Source: Daphnia carinata (taxonomy: Eukaryota). From it: a stretch of DNA of 64,000 nucleotides. A program made the position numbers and the translations under genes. Within the stretch, counting starts at the first letter, position 1; every line of letters starts with the position of its first letter. The stretch is taken from positions 9,548,001 through 9,612,000 of the forward strand of contig NC_081333.1 of assembly GCF_022539665.2 (NCBI RefSeq), written 5' to 3'. This document shows positions 26,501-40,298 of this stretch, piece by piece. The notes beneath the pieces are model-generated. The model ran no database searches. It was not told where the DNA came from and saw nothing but the letters and a program-made list of their open reading frames with translations.

Positions 26501-29500
26501 GAGGAAAAAGCAGAATCTCCTAAAGCCACCGAGAGATCAAGAACGGATGGGTACAGCATAAATAACGGAGCACACCACATAAGAGCCGCGTTAGAGAGGA
26601 TTGCGTATAAGTGAATTATGCTTGCAATATGTGTGTGTGTGGGCTGGATTTGTTCTTTTTCCTTTTCTTTTCTTACTGGCGACTCCCCCCCCCCCCCCTC
26701 TTTCCTTGAGTTTCAATCGCCATTATTGATTAAGCGAAATGCTCGTCACGCTGTCACTCCGCTCTCTTTCAACTCCCCCTTGTGTTCTTACGGGCCGGTA
26801 TTGCCCTGCTTTTTCATGTCGTTCGCATGCGTGACGAATAGATTTTACGACGTGCAGTTTTATATACCGCCCTTGCTGTTGCTGTTGCGTACGTTTGCAC
26901 GACTCGTACGCTATTCAAGACCTACGATCTAATACGGCAGTTAGGCTGTATCAGACTATTGCGCTGACCGTGCACTCACGCTATGCATGCTCGCACGTTG
27001 CAATGGCTCGGGCGAATGGAGATAAGAGCTCCACGTTGGAAAAATAAAAAGGAAAGTCAAAGGGACGAACGAGAAAAGGTGTGGCGTTGGGTAGATCAAT
27101 ATAAGAAACTTTGCTGTTATGTCGCTTACTTCGTTTTCTTTTCCGACTTGAGGTGCCTGATGCATTATGCTCGCTCTAGTTCTTCACTTCGCAACTCGTT
27201 TACGTTGAGTAGTCGCGTAGCACATGTATCACGTCAACAAACGCTCGCTCTTAGCGACGCGGAGGAGTGCGGACGCGAAAACGAATTGGGTTCGGCCAAA
27301 AGCGACATCCTGTTATTTCAATGCCGTGATATGCACATCGTTACGATGCCGAGAATTCTCGCAATATGCAAACGTCAAACACTTGAAACAGAAGCCTGTA
27401 ATTGTATGGGGTTGAACGTTTCGCGTCAATGTGCTTGGTTTAATAGGATTGCAGTAAGAGATAAATGTAAAGCAATCGCATCTGGAGCTATACGAGCAAG
27501 AAGTCGTTTGCTTGTTCTATTTCTATTGACTGATCGATATTATAGATGTTTGCATATCCCGTTTGTGTGTGTGTCCGGTGGACCATTAGACGCTGGCGCG
27601 GTGGAGATCATCAAGTCTAGTCGCACAATGACCTTATTACTATTACAAGCTAAACACGACGAAAAAAGAGGGTACAAAGCAAGAAAAAAGAAATTCAAGA
27701 GGAGATATGTAGGCAGAAATGAAAGAGTTGATGGTCGTTTGCTCCTCTTTTTCTCGCCAGTCGAAATCTAATGAAGAAGAACACGTATCATCGTCAAAGT
27801 ATTTATTCGAGAAAAAAAAATTGGCCGAGAAATAGCTGCGATAATTCATGATTTCCCGTTGGAAGGGAGTCGCAGAAACGACCGGCTTTTTACTACTAAA
27901 AAGAAAAAGATAGGCCGTCCTCATATATGAGCCCCCGCTATTACTTCTTCCAACCATTCCGGAAAGCTGTATAGCTTCTACACTCTCTTTCCAATTCGCG
28001 TCTCAACTACACTCGCCCCCCCCCCTCTCTAGTCTACGTCTTTTTTTTTCCTTTCTGTCGTTGTTGTCCTTCACATTACTAGAAATAGACCCTACTGTGA
28101 CGTCATTTACCCCGTTTTTTCTGTAGAAACCTATACTGATATGGACTTAGTCGTCGATGGAATATGCATAGGCCTAAATAACCTACAAAATAACGAAGGA
28201 ACGAGGAGATTTGAAGCAGAGAAATGGACGCTGCTGTCGTGTAGTCCGTCCATGATATAGGGATGTGAGACATTACGTATCGCGATGTTATGTACTTGCA
28301 TGAATTTATGATTGCTTTTCGCTAGTCGTCATCTCCCCATTCCGGTCACGCTCAAGTCCCACCCGTCCTTCCCGTTTCTCTTCTCCGCCCAAATACTTTT
28401 GTACGCTCATGTTTTATTCAACAGATTGATGCGCTTTCAGACCGTTTTTCTATACATATACTGTATACATATATATGTATATATATATATATATCTTTTT
28501 TCTTCTTATTTCGTTTCGTTTATTCTCTTTACTTTCATCTTTTTGAGGCTTTGCGTTTTTTGTTTTTAGTTTTTTTACGATTTGTTTTTGTTTCTTCAAA
28601 TGATTTCGCTTTTCGTCCATTTCTCTTCTATTTCGTCCGGCCGTTTCTTTTTTCTATTTTATTATTATTTCTTTCACAGTGAAGGGTGGCAGCCTTGACG
28701 TAGGGTTTCGCGTCGCATTTTGACGTTTTATTTTGTCTCTTTATTATGTTCTCTTAACGGATGACGTCATTCAGACGGAGCGAAACAGCGCCATTTCACA
28801 CAATAGCTGATGGTAGTTTCTTATGGTCGACTGGTTGGACGGATGCCGGACGAAGGAAGTCGCCAACAAACTTAAAAAAAAAAGAAAAAGAAATTGAACC
28901 GATAGAAGTGAATGCATGCGCAAAAATCGTGGTCGTTGTTTTTGGCTATTTCAGTCCATATCCACACAGAAGCCCAAAGAAGTGAGGGAGGAGGTGCCGG
29001 AAGCGAGGTTGTACAGCATACGTCAAATGGATTGAACAGTGTCAACGAGGATATGTTTTTGTTTTCCCCTCTATCCGAATCACGAGAAGGCGGAGCTGGC
29101 GTATTCATTATACCATTGCTATGACGGATGCCGAGAACAATTCATTCGCTCCATGCGCGGAAATCTAGTTATGATTGTGGAAGAAAAAAAGAAGGAGAGG
29201 ACGCCTTGTGAATGCAACTAGCGCTGCTAAGGAAACTCATATTGTTATTACGTTATGATGGAATCGTTTTGATATGTTGCCGTACGCTAATTCCTGTATC
29301 CAACAGCGTCAATGTCGACCTTCCTAGTATCGAACTAATTAATTGTTTTTCCGCTATCCTCGTTTTTTTTTCTTCTACGAATTCGTAATTAATTTGAAAG
29401 GGATTTTGATACGTTTACTGATGCAGGCCGTTTCAGTGGGACTTGGCGAGTTTTCTCACTCGTTGTATGAGAGGAATTTCTTAACTTTTACGGCCCTTGT

Positions 29501-32500
29501 GTACCAGTTGTGACTTTAGCTCTTGATAACATTTCGTTTATTGCCTCGTTGTTGTCAACGTAACAAAGAAAACGTCCAGATAGAACGCGGCAAGAGGCTC
29601 GGTTTCCTGGACCCCCGGTGCCGACAAAAAAGAAGATCGGAAACGAACGCTGTTCAGGCCGTTGCGCTTTGCACAATTCTCAGACCATTCATGTTTCTCG
29701 TTTGTGATGACTAACGGCTGTCATGTTTGGTTATGCTTCATGTTTTTCTCGATACCCGTCTCCAGGACAACTGAAAGAGACGGCAAAGGCAATCGATACC
29801 TGCCGCTCGCCTGACAGGTACCCCCCACTCCAGCTGACAAAAGAGACTGTAGATACAGCGTCTATATAGATCCATCAGCTTCATCATCATCCCTCTTTTT
29901 TCACTCATATTTTATTTACATAACTGTCTCCCCTAAAAGTTTTGTTTGTAGTCACTGCAATCACCCTGGGTAACGCATTTCGCTCCGTGTTCTACTCAGT
30001 TCGTTTTATAATGAATATATAGCCGCGTATATGATCGTGTATTGACTCAGAACCCTACCAATCACGATATAGGCATAGACAGTGGTGCACTCTTCTCTTG
30101 TTGGCTGGTAAGCCCCCCCACCCCTTTTTTTTGACAATAGGATTTTGAAACTTTGAAGATATTGGAAAGTTTTTTATCTATTCGTTAACTTGGCGGTGCA
30201 CAGGAAAATAATGACGCTGACAATCATAGGGAAAGCCTCAAAAAATGGCAGTACGAACGTTAGGAAGTGTGCAGTGCCATGTGGGTCTTCCCCGGTAGAT
30301 TGCGTGCCCACACAATGCAATCTCATCTGGGGCCAATTCAAGTGGCCATAACGCCTTCTTTTTTTTCGGGCAAAAGTAAATCATTGCTTGAGATCTTTGA
30401 CGGTGATTTAGCGATGAGGATGATGTACGATGCAACGGGGATCCTTTGCGGCATTGCAGTGGCATGGTCGGTATCCGCATAACGGGACAAGAAACAAATT
30501 ACAAATTTTTTCGTGTCTGCCTGTGTGTATCATTTCGTGCGTTTAAACATTTATTCCCTCTCTCTCTCTCTCTCTCTTTATTTTTGATTTCCTGCAACCG
30601 TGGAACAGTGGACTACCCATACATCAATTACGGAGCGCCCGACAGGCAACAGACCAATGGAGAAGAGTGGCAACAGACGGCCAGGTTGGCGTCGCTTGAA
30701 CGGTTCGAGCCGCAAAATTTGCGCTATTTCAGCGACCACTTGGTCGACGTCTACGAGGAAGCGGCCACGATCGCCCGGCCGCCGCTCCAACCCGCCTGCC
30801 GCCGGCCTCTTTCCAATAAGACGGGCTACATCGTCTGCGTCTACAAGGTCTTTGACGGAGACGACGGAGAAAAGTTTGAGCGCAACTGGCTCTACTGGAC
30901 AGGTCAGAATTTTCGATTTCACTTTCGTCACTAAGCGAATCGATTGTAAAAAATAAAATAAAATAAAAATGGGAAATGGAAAATGGGAAATGAAGGGGGT
31001 TCATTATTCGCCCTATCATAACAAACGATAACAAACGACTCGGGTCAATCAGCTGTGACGCTGATGAATAGCTAAGGCCCAGGTCTTAATGAAAAAAAAA
31101 GGATTTTTTAGGCCGTCAACGCAATGAAGGCCAAGCTCGAGCTGAAATGAGATGGGAAGGTCTTACATTGGTTATAGCAAACGTTGCCAATCATAACTGG
31201 CATTTCTTTTTCGGAAGGATGGAACGATCCTGGCTGGCAACTAAAAGTTGGCCCACGTAGGACGCTTGTAATGTAGGATTTTAGGATACTTGATGATGAC
31301 ATTGTTTGGCAGGGATTTTCTTCTTTGTTGGCTTACTCGTGGCTGTAACAGGCCGTCGTTGCACAGGTTGTGATTGCGCCAAAAAAACGAAACTTTGTTC
31401 CAAAAAAACGAGACTTTGTTCGGATTATTGTTAACTTTTATAACCTCGGCCACATCATAAAAGATTTGGCGGCATTAGTCTCTTCTTTTGTATGTGCGAC
31501 CGAGACGAGCGTAAAGCTTAAGACAAGAAGACATGGTAGCTTAATGTACTGTAGGAGAGAAAAGACATAAAAATCCACAATTCAACTCCCCCCCGGAAAG
31601 AGTTTGTCTCGGTTCATTACACTTCTTTTGCAGAATGGAGCCAAAAGAATGGAGCATCATGGAATCGGAATCCAATTTGTTTCATCGTCTCCTATTGCCC
31701 ACGTAGGCGTGTCCCTTATATCCCATGTTTACCTCCTTTTTTTCTTTTTGGCTTAAAAAACTCGATGCTCTCGACAAACGAGAAAGTATCGGTGACGTCG
31801 GCCACGTTAATTAGAAACTATGGCCGTATAAAAAAAAAAACGGGGACATGTTCTCACATTCAATCTCGGCCGATGGTAAATCGAACTACACCCAATCACG
31901 TTGAACAATTCCACCCGACTCTCTTAATGATATTCCTTCCCTACGCCGTTCGGCGTCGTTATCTTCTTAACTCTCGTTACGTTTGAAGTTTTCTTCTTCA
32001 AAAAATAGACGACAAGTTGTCAAAGCGTTTAGAGGACATATCAACAGGAACACGGGGCGTGTCACGATTGTTTTTTTGTTTTTTTTTTGTGTGTGTGGAG
32101 CTCTCTTGATGCCATCACAACAGTCCCCTCTTGCGGAGGCATCGTGCATCGTGTCACGATGAGTTGCGGGAGTCACGGCGGATGGCCATCTGTGGCGTGT
32201 TTTGCAAAGCTTAAATTAATTCGGGAAGAGTGACAGACACTAGCTGGCTTTTGACACAGAAGCTAAAATTAGCACAACTGTAGCTATATGATTGATTACT
32301 TGTGTGAACTGGATTGCAATTAACGAGATGGAATTTCTATTTTCGGATGGTTACAGGAGCCCGGATTCTTTATCAATGCGTGCCGCGCTGCGTGGGATTG
32401 CGCCGGATCACGTTGCACAAGTCCGTCTCTGCCGGCGACAAACTCTACACGCTGATGTGCGAGTGTTCGAGCTTCATGGACCATTTGCAAGAGGCGGCTT

Positions 32501-32571
32501 ACATCGCACCGGCCCTGCGCGCCCGTCTCTGCGGCTACTGGTCCATTTACCGGGTGGCCGACGTGTACTAG
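17548..32571 (+). CDS. Uncharacterised protein, 709 aa, 4 coding exons; Gly/Ser/Arg-rich disordered N-terminus plus conserved-looking C-terminal region (ABM-like; possibly DUF7153 family)
   Basis: Exons 17548-18939 (GCCATG start, ACG|gtaagt, phase 0), 25401-25629 (tcgtag|CTG...GAC G|gtaagc), 30609-30902 (aacag|TG...ACA G|gtcaga), 32357-32571 (ttacag|GA...TAG). Phases join into one 2130-nt frame: ...CFIIPVHLVNRFLPLGVT-LPQTGRASMSVVEVDDP...SIEQD-VDYPYINY...FERNWLYWT-GARILYQCVPRCVGLRRITLHKS...DVY*. Family name is from memory and unverified. Confidence 0.85.
24540..24830. repeat. Fragment of the same dispersed AT-rich repeat family, in intron 1 of the 17.5-32.6 kb gene
   Basis: Contains aaataagcccgac and aaattaagcccgactttt (24641-24672). 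The reverse complement of ~24715-24790 (aaaactattagctctacgtcaaaacaaagttgatttccatatttctcgttacattt) aligns by eye with 9941-9995 (aaaccataaactctatgtaaaaacaaaattcattttcgtgttccttgttaaattt). Boundaries approximate. Confidence 0.6.
31380..31421. repeat. 21-bp tandem duplication (2 copies) in intron 3
   Basis: caaaaaaacgaaactttgttc followed by caaaaaaacgagactttgttc (1 mismatch). Confidence 0.8.
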
Positions 32572-35500
32572 TCAAATTTTGTGGTGAACGAGGACGACCA
32601 AATAAATAATTGAAAGAAAACAAACAGAAAAAAAAGTGAAAAATAAAACAAACAAAAGAAAAACTAGAACAGAAAAGCAAAAAAAAAAAAAAACATTTTC
32701 TATACCAATTCATTCGTCATTTGTCTTCTTGTCCTTGTCACGGTCGATCATATTTTATTATTTGTGTTGGCTCCATCGATTTCATTCTCCCCGTTCACTC
32801 TAACTGTCTCTTTCTTTTCTCTCTCTTTTCTTCTCACTTTAAACTATTCTACAATCATTCTGTTTGTCAAACCTCCTTTTGTTATCAACCCCCCGTTGAT
32901 CTGCCTGTCATAATCTTCATTCGTTTTGTCTTGTCTATCATCTCTGCCTATCTCTTTTCTTTTTCCTATTCTATTTCAATGATTTTCCATTATATATCGA
33001 GCAGCTTGGCAGAAGAAATCTGTAGCACGACATAACCATATACAACGACAACGCCCAAAGAAGGACCTAAATTTGACTCCAATTCTTCTGGAGACACAAC
33101 AAATTTTGTCCAGAACCTACGACGTATATCGTCCAATTGAAAACTGTGCTGCGCTCATCATAGAATCTCACGGAATAAAGGGGGGGAAAAAAATACGTCT
33201 CTCTAGCATCGCCCGCACAACTAGTGTCATTCCAGCAAGAAAACGCTGACGATGATGTCGGCGTTTTTTCAAACAAAACAAAAACATTTGCCGCGCCTCC
33301 GTTTACGACAGTCTCAACAGGATCGAAATGCATATGGAAGTAGATCGTCTTTCATCCACCTAACACGTACACGCAACATTGGAGACAGTAAAATATTGGA
33401 AGCAAAAACTGGCATACATTCATCTAACGTCAGACGCGAGAAGACAAGTTTTTTTTTCTCCCCTCCATTTTCTTCGCCCTCAATTTCATTGATTTCATCT
33501 CTCTCTCTCTCTCTTGATGCAATTTTGCCAGTATGTTACGTGCGTGTGTGTTGTCTTGTCTGTGCGAGAGAGTGATATTCAAATCGATAAATCCCGAGAG
33601 AGGTCATTATTGTTCTTGTCCCGATACCCCCTTTAACCGTATAACTGCAAAATGTATTTATTCCAATGTTACTTTACCCAGCACCTAAAAGACACACATC
33701 CACACAGATACACACAACACAAAGACCTATTGTGGTTCATTATCCTAAATTGGCATCGTTTTCGTTCATTTTTTTTCAAAATTGAATTCTTCTCTTTTGT
33801 CCCTTTTCGCTTCGGCCATGTGCTCGTTTTGCTGCTGACTTTGACTACCGATTTCGGTTTGTCGTGTAAAATACTTAAACGATGCCGTGCGCAATTTGTT
33901 CATTGCACGGCATGATTTACTGTTACCGAATAACTTATAAATAATAATGTGACGTTCAATTTGAAAAAAGAAAATTATACAAAACGACAAAAGTGGATTC
34001 AGTCGATTTCATTTGCCTTCCATTGTTTTTGTTTTCATTTCAAACGTAAGACGCGCTTGCACAACTCAATTAAATTGAAACCACGTAAGCTCGGACGTCC
34101 AAATTGCAATCACATGAGAACGTTACGACGAAGTTGTTCTTCTTTACGATCTACTCGTCTTTCGTTATATACCGTCCATCATTTCCATCTTTTAAGGGCG
34201 GATAGTAACCATAGAGATGTATACTTGAAAGTGTGTAACAGTATAATATGACATGCAGGGGAGAGGAGGCTACACGAACGTCCAACCATCCATTTTAAGT
34301 GGACACAGCAAAACACGGTTTGTATTCGGTTTGCGTGCGTTTTATTGATCAAAGCCTAGCTAGTGAGCGAGGAGTAGGGAGAAACAGGAGAGCAAGAAAG
34401 CAAAGGTACGAATAGAAGAGAGTGCGACCGTGTGTGTGTGTGTCTGTGTGTATGTACAGTATATATACAGCAGAGAAAACTCTTGAATACCCAGGAGATT
34501 GTACGACACGCATGGTAAGGCACTTTCTCTATACACGTAATGCATGTCGTCGCTGGCTAGAGTGAATGGATGCAGCACCGGCGAGGGACGAGCAGGAGCA
34601 GTCAAGAGGCGGGCGGCAACATAGCCATTAAAGAACCGCTGGAGTTACACACGTCTCTGCTCGTTCTCTCCGCCTAACATGTCGACTCTGCTCTGCCGTC
34701 GCCGTTCGTTACCGTAAAGAAAACAAGACAGCAGCTATGTACGTACGTAGTACTCAGAAATCTTTGGGGCGCAGGTGGTGGGTGGGTTTGGCATCGGGCG
34801 TTTGAGTGGGCGCCGCTAAAACAGTGGGGATATGGCCGTACAGTATTTCCAGCTCGTACGGACACATGATTGCAGCAACACAACATCCCTATATTATGGT
34901 ATACACATCACGAAACCCTACGGAAAGAAAATGTGTTTCAAATAATAATGCAACGTTGCGTTTCATGACAATAATGCAGGCCAATTTCTTTTTAGATAGA
35001 AGTTGGTCATTTCTTGTTTGTTTGTTTTGTTTTGTTTTGTTTTGTTTGTTTTTTTTGTCCGTGGCCGTTTTCTTTTTGTCAGGATGATGCGATCTGTCCG
35101 GAAAATCCGTTGAATAAAAGAGCCTATAGTGTCAACCCACATTCTTTGCTTCTTCCCCGATTCTTCCGTTGTCGTCGTCTCCAACCACCCATCCCATTCC
35201 GGCCGGTTGTGAAAGTTGAATCTGCCGGGCGCAACAATCAATACTTTTCGGGAGGAGGTTTCTCTCATCTCGTTGGTTGGGCGCTCTCCGGCGTCGACTA
35301 CGTCGTCATCCGCTTCCCTCCCTTTTCACTTGGCTCTATTGCCCTATGTTATACGCAGACAGACAGGAGAAGAAGACGGGGCAAAAGGGTAGGAGAAAAA
35401 GAAAAAGAATGAGGACGAAGGATGAGGGCGTATACTACATCAACTAGTTTTGCTACCTATAACACAGTCGCGAACCGAACACGGCTCCGCCAACACAGAC

Positions 35501-35779
35501 GCCGTCGTCCGTCGTCGTCGATCCATAGCCTCTTGTCATGTTATTAGATGTAGCTTGAATCTGATACACTTTTTTTTTGTTTTCGATCCGACCAGCATTT
35601 CCCTATTTTATTTTTTTTTTGTTTGAACTTTTTCTTTTGTTTTGGTTTTGTTTTATGTTTTTGTTTGTTTCTTTTTTTTTTTTTTTTTGAAAGGGTTTTT
35701 ATTTGACTCTTTCTGCTTGGGGGTTGATTAGCTTGATCTAGTTGACACACTTGAAAATCCTCCTAGCTCTTCTTTTTTG

Positions 35780-35956
35780 TAGCTCTCGAGAGATTGAGGA
35801 GTGGCAACTGATTACAGAAGTCCACGTCAACATCCTACAGGCTATATCCTATATGTGGAGGCTGCGCGCTGGTTTGGAAGACGATTCATCTGATTGACTG
35901 CGAAGAACCAACAAGAGCGAAACATCTTCTGTCTTTCTTTAACGGATGTTTCTACG
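35780..35956 (+). other. Probable non-coding 5' UTR exon of the B4GAT1-like gene (5' boundary uncertain)
   Basis: Consensus donor ACG|gtaagt at 35957. The B4GAT1 ATG (37510) lies immediately after a pyrimidine-rich acceptor (tccgtacag|ATG), which implies an upstream exon. Confidence 0.4.
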
Positions 35957-37207
35957 GTAAGTGAGTTAGCCACTTTCTGTCTATCTGTCTCACTCGTGTC
36001 ACGTTTCCTTCTCTTCTTGGCTATCAGTTTAACTTGTTGGTTGTACAAGAAAAGTAAAAAATAAACAAAGGGGTTTGGAAGGAAGTTTATAACCGGCACG
36101 CCACACGGGGTAGTATCCAATAATCTTTGATGTAGACGCACAAACAACGTTTCTATTTACGATAGGCATATCCAGATAGTAGAAAATGATGATTCTATTA
36201 ACACCGACGCCATTACGTGTATCTGTCTTATAGAGGTATATGTTTAGTGGACTTGGATTCCGTTAATTCGTTTACGCATTGAAAAGTGTACTTGAAAAAA
36301 AAAAACGAGTAAAATTCAATAAGGAATGCACTTAGGTTGGGAACTGTTCACAAAGCGGCAGAGTAAGAACCGAAAATGCCATGAAGACCGTGGGGAACCT
36401 TGGGAAGTGTATGACGTTTTTTGAAAGTTATATATCTCTGGAAATCAGTTGCGATACTTCAACCGAATGTGAAAAGATTGAGAGTTAACGTTGAAGAAAA
36501 GCACCGTGAGAAAGAAAACAGAAGGAAAGAAATTATATTCGGCCAATGTCACCAAAAAGGGCAACCCAATAAAATTAATAAGATTATATGCGAAAAGTAC
36601 GTGATGTTTAAACTAACCCCCTCCCTTGTTCCATCCTATTGAGCTTCTGTTTGAGATGGTACTTTAGACCGTAGCTTTCCTCCACCGTTATTTTTCCAAG
36701 ATTCCAAATTGACTATTAAGATTCTTTTTTAACGGTTGATAGTTAGATTTCATCTTCCTACTCATTTTTACCGCTTTTCATCGTCTGCTGTACTCCCAGT
36801 TGGATTCCGATGAGCTTTTAAGGTGTCACATACTAGCGGGTCGCGTTTATTCGGTCATGAATTCGATAATGAGTTTTCCTTCTGGAATTTTCACGTCTCG
36901 TTGTTTCACGTTCTTTTCTTTTTTTTTTTTCCCTCTATCATAAAATAGCACCCTGCATCTTCACGAAGAATTTCGCTAGAACGTTTCGAGGTGGGCGGTT
37001 TGTTTTTTAACGCGGTTGTTTCAAACCCGTTCATCTGCCGAGAGCTTTCGGTTTAGGCTGTCGGTTGCACTTGGCTGCCTCTCAGAACACGTAACACGTC
37101 CGCGCCATTAGACCATTAAAAGTTCGTAGCGTTTTCGTATATATATATGAAAAGGGAGAAAAAGAGCCAATTTCCGACGTCTCTCCCTCTTCTTTTGTTT
37201 GATTTGA

Positions 37208-37241
<34 letters not shown>

Positions 37242-37509
37242 GCTTCTTCATCATTTCTTCCTGATCCTTTCGTTCGTTTCCCACCGCTGTCGTTTGTTGT
37301 TGTTGCGCTTTTCCTACGTGAAAAAATCATGTGACATTCCTGGCAGGGTGGCGGATGATTTATTTTGGCCAAACAAAAGAAAAAGTTGATCTATCCAGAG
37401 GTGACAGAGTACATGTGTGTAATTTCCTTTTGTATTTTCTTCTTCGTTCCCTTTTGTTATTGGCAACTGGAACAAATACGTATGACTCCTTTGCTCCTTC
37501 TCCGTACAG

Positions 37510-40298
37510 ATGAGGCGCCCCATGTGGAAGATTCACTGCATGACGGTTGTCTTCCTCACCGGAATCAATTTTTATTTGCTCGTCAAACTGCTTCATTGCG
37601 CTGAAAAGGGTAACGATCACAATCGAACGAGCCTTGCAGAATCCTCTTCCAGCGGCATTTTCGGATGGTATCCGGGCCAGCACGGTCACAGCCGTTCTCA
37701 ATTGGACGTGCAAGTGAAAGGCATTTGGAAGACCCTTCAACTGGCGGAGCGCCGGGCGAAGATACATCAACAACAACATCCTCCTGCGGGAGTCAAGAAT
37801 CACGTTAGAAGTTCGTGGGGAAATGATAATGACAAATCCTGGTTAAAAGAGCCGGACGTGATGTTGGATAGTTCCACGCTGGATTTGCAGCTGGGTCGTT
37901 GGGACGATAGTCGTAGGTTCGTCATTAGGGATTTCGCCGTGACTGGACATCAGTTCCACAGTACGGCCGTGAGCCACAACGTTTGTTTGGCGACACAGTC
38001 GTCCCTTGACCGACTACATTGGCTGGGCGAGTCGGCAGATCATTGGAGAGGTGCCATTTCGTTTGCTATTTACTTGGACGACGAAGAGGTCAGCATTTTC
38101 AACAAAGTATTAACACACATGCGACGGTGTCATCCCGATCTGCTGGCCAACATCGCATTTCACGTCATTTCATCTCCTGGCCAATCTACGGCCCTTCCGG
38201 CCGCCTTTTCCGCTACTCTATCTTCATCTTCCGGCAGCAAATTCTGGACGGAAACGGAAGATGGTGAAGATAGCAGTTTCGGTTCAACAGCCAACTGTAC
38301 CGGTCCAGCGGAGGCTCTCACCTGGTTGCTGAAAGAACGGCCGTCTCTCAGCGCCAAGTGGGAATCTGGCCGTCCGTACCCGCAGAACTTGATGCGTAAC
38401 GTGGCCCGCAAAGGCTGTCCCAGCACTTATGTTCTGCTCCTGGACGTCGACGTCATCCCATCGTACAACATGGCCGAGTCGTTGGTTGAGTTCCTTGACC
38501 GGCCGACAGTGGCCGCTCACTGCCCAAAGTGCGCGTTTGTCGTCCCGACTTACGAGCTGGACTATTCGGCCGATTTCCCTCAGAACAAGTCGCAACTCCT
38601 GGCGTTGGAGACGCAGGGCCGTGCTCAACCATTCCATCACAAGGCCTTCCGCTACAACCAGTTTGCCAGCAATCTGACGAGGTAGCCGACGATAAGTCGC
38701 CGCCATTTTTTCGTTTTTCGTGCAGTTCCAATTAGAATGTAGTCTAATCACCGTAAAGTGTTGTTGTTGGCCTATATTAGTTGACGTTAAAAAAATAAAG
38801 GTGAGACAGAAGCATTCTCACATGCTGGAACGTGACTTGAAAGTCACATTCCCGTTTTTGGAAGGCCGAAAAATTATCTTCTTCTATTCGTACGAGTTGT
38901 TTTTCTAACGTTCCCTGTTAACTTGTGAAATGCGCAGATGGCGCCAGACTTCTGAAACGGACCAAGTGGTTGTGAGCCACAACGTAACCAACTACGAATT
39001 CTTTTACGAGCCATTCTACATCGCCCGAGACGAAGCTCCGCCTCACGACGAACGCTTTTTAGGGTAAGAAATTGAAGATCAATTCATTTATTGTTGTTTA
39101 CAGTAAACGAACTTGGCACACCACCGTTTAAAAGATACGACAATAAAGCTAGCGAACGCAATGATGTACAACCCACCAATCGCTGGAAAGCCTTTGGCTC
39201 TCGCAGACTGCAGTGACAGTGAAACACGAGCGTCGAGAGTCCAATTTTGTTTATTTCCAGCCGGATCAATTCCAATAAAGGGACGTCCTTTATGTCCCCT
39301 AGTTCAATTCCTATTACTTTATGGGTGACCTTTCCTAACTCACTAAGCCTCAGACTGCTATAAGGAAGGACAAAACAACTATGTACAAAAAAAAAAAAAA
39401 AAGAATACGGGATAGAATTTAATCAGCTTTATAACACCCCACTTGAAATTTTATGTTTGTCTTTTACAGGTACGGCTTTACGAGAAATACTCAGGTAAAC
39501 GCATGGCTTATCTATATGCTACATACAACTCATAAAAAAAAAGAGATGCTATAAATATGGAGCAGAAAAGTATGAGTGGTTCTCCTTTTTGCTGTTATGT
39601 TTGACTATTATTAATTGGCAAGCCAAAGAGCCCACCAAAGTCGCTCGTTGGCGAGATGATGGCGGCCCGAATCGTTCAAATATTCATCAGAGCGATCCGT
39701 AAAGTTACCGATATGTGGGTGTATGTGTATGCATAATAGATAGCAGCGAAACGGCATGCTTCTTCTATTAGACTCTCTGTTCGCGATGTACCAAAAAAAA
39801 AAAAAAACGAGGGTTTGGTTTCCATGTGATCGTGCATCTCGTTCTCGCCCACTAACCCAAGCCGCACGCTTAAATCAAATGTTTGAATTTGCACACATTG
39901 TTTCCTGTTGCCCGTCTGTCCTCCTTCTTTTTTTTTTTTTTTAATCTGTTACGCAAGTTTGCTTCAATAATTGAAGTTTTTGGTTGCGACAGGTGTATGA
40001 AATGGCGTTATCTGGTTGGAGCTTTCACGTGCTCAGTCCCATTTTCACTATCCATTGGGGCATGCAAATGAAACAGCGACGGCCGGCGTGGAGGAAAAAT
40101 CAAATGGATCGCAATCGAAGGCTGTTCGACGTCATCCATCACGAGCTGAAAGCCAAATACGGTTTGCTTAACAAGAGCCCAGTCCGATGGCATCCGAAAC
40201 CTGGAGCCTCAAGCGGCAGCGGTCGATTAAACAGCGATGTCAAGCACCAGCATCCGCTATTCGCCGCGGCTAAATCAGCCGCACGCACTTCCATCTGA
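37510..40298 (+). CDS. B4GAT1: Beta-1,4-glucuronyltransferase 1-like (CAZy GT49), type II membrane glycosyltransferase, 542 aa, 4 coding exons
   Basis: Exons 37510-38681, 38938-39063, 39470-39494 (25 nt), 39993-40298; all GT-AG and phase-compatible (1629 nt). N-terminal TM anchor, then CLATQSSLDRL, WRGAISFA, YPQNLMRNVARKGC, DXD motif LLLDVDVIP, AFVVPTYE, YEPFYI..HDERFLGYGFTRNTQVYEM and F.IHWG, all typical GT49 motifs. Confidence 0.9.

Noticed and set aside
26983..27771. 262-aa ORF in intron 2 of the ABM-like gene
   Set aside because: No domain similarity or coding-like composition, and the flanking exons join in frame without it.
28955..28981. Possible 27-nt in-frame cassette exon (tttcag|...a|gtgagg)
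   Set aside because: Phase-compatible, but it would interrupt the conserved-looking EQD-VDYPY junction, and such signal pairs arise by chance in a 5-kb intron.
31611..31623. GGTTCA-T-TACACT resembling an ecdysone response element
   Set aside because: A single degenerate 13-mer is expected by chance in 64 kb; no other support.
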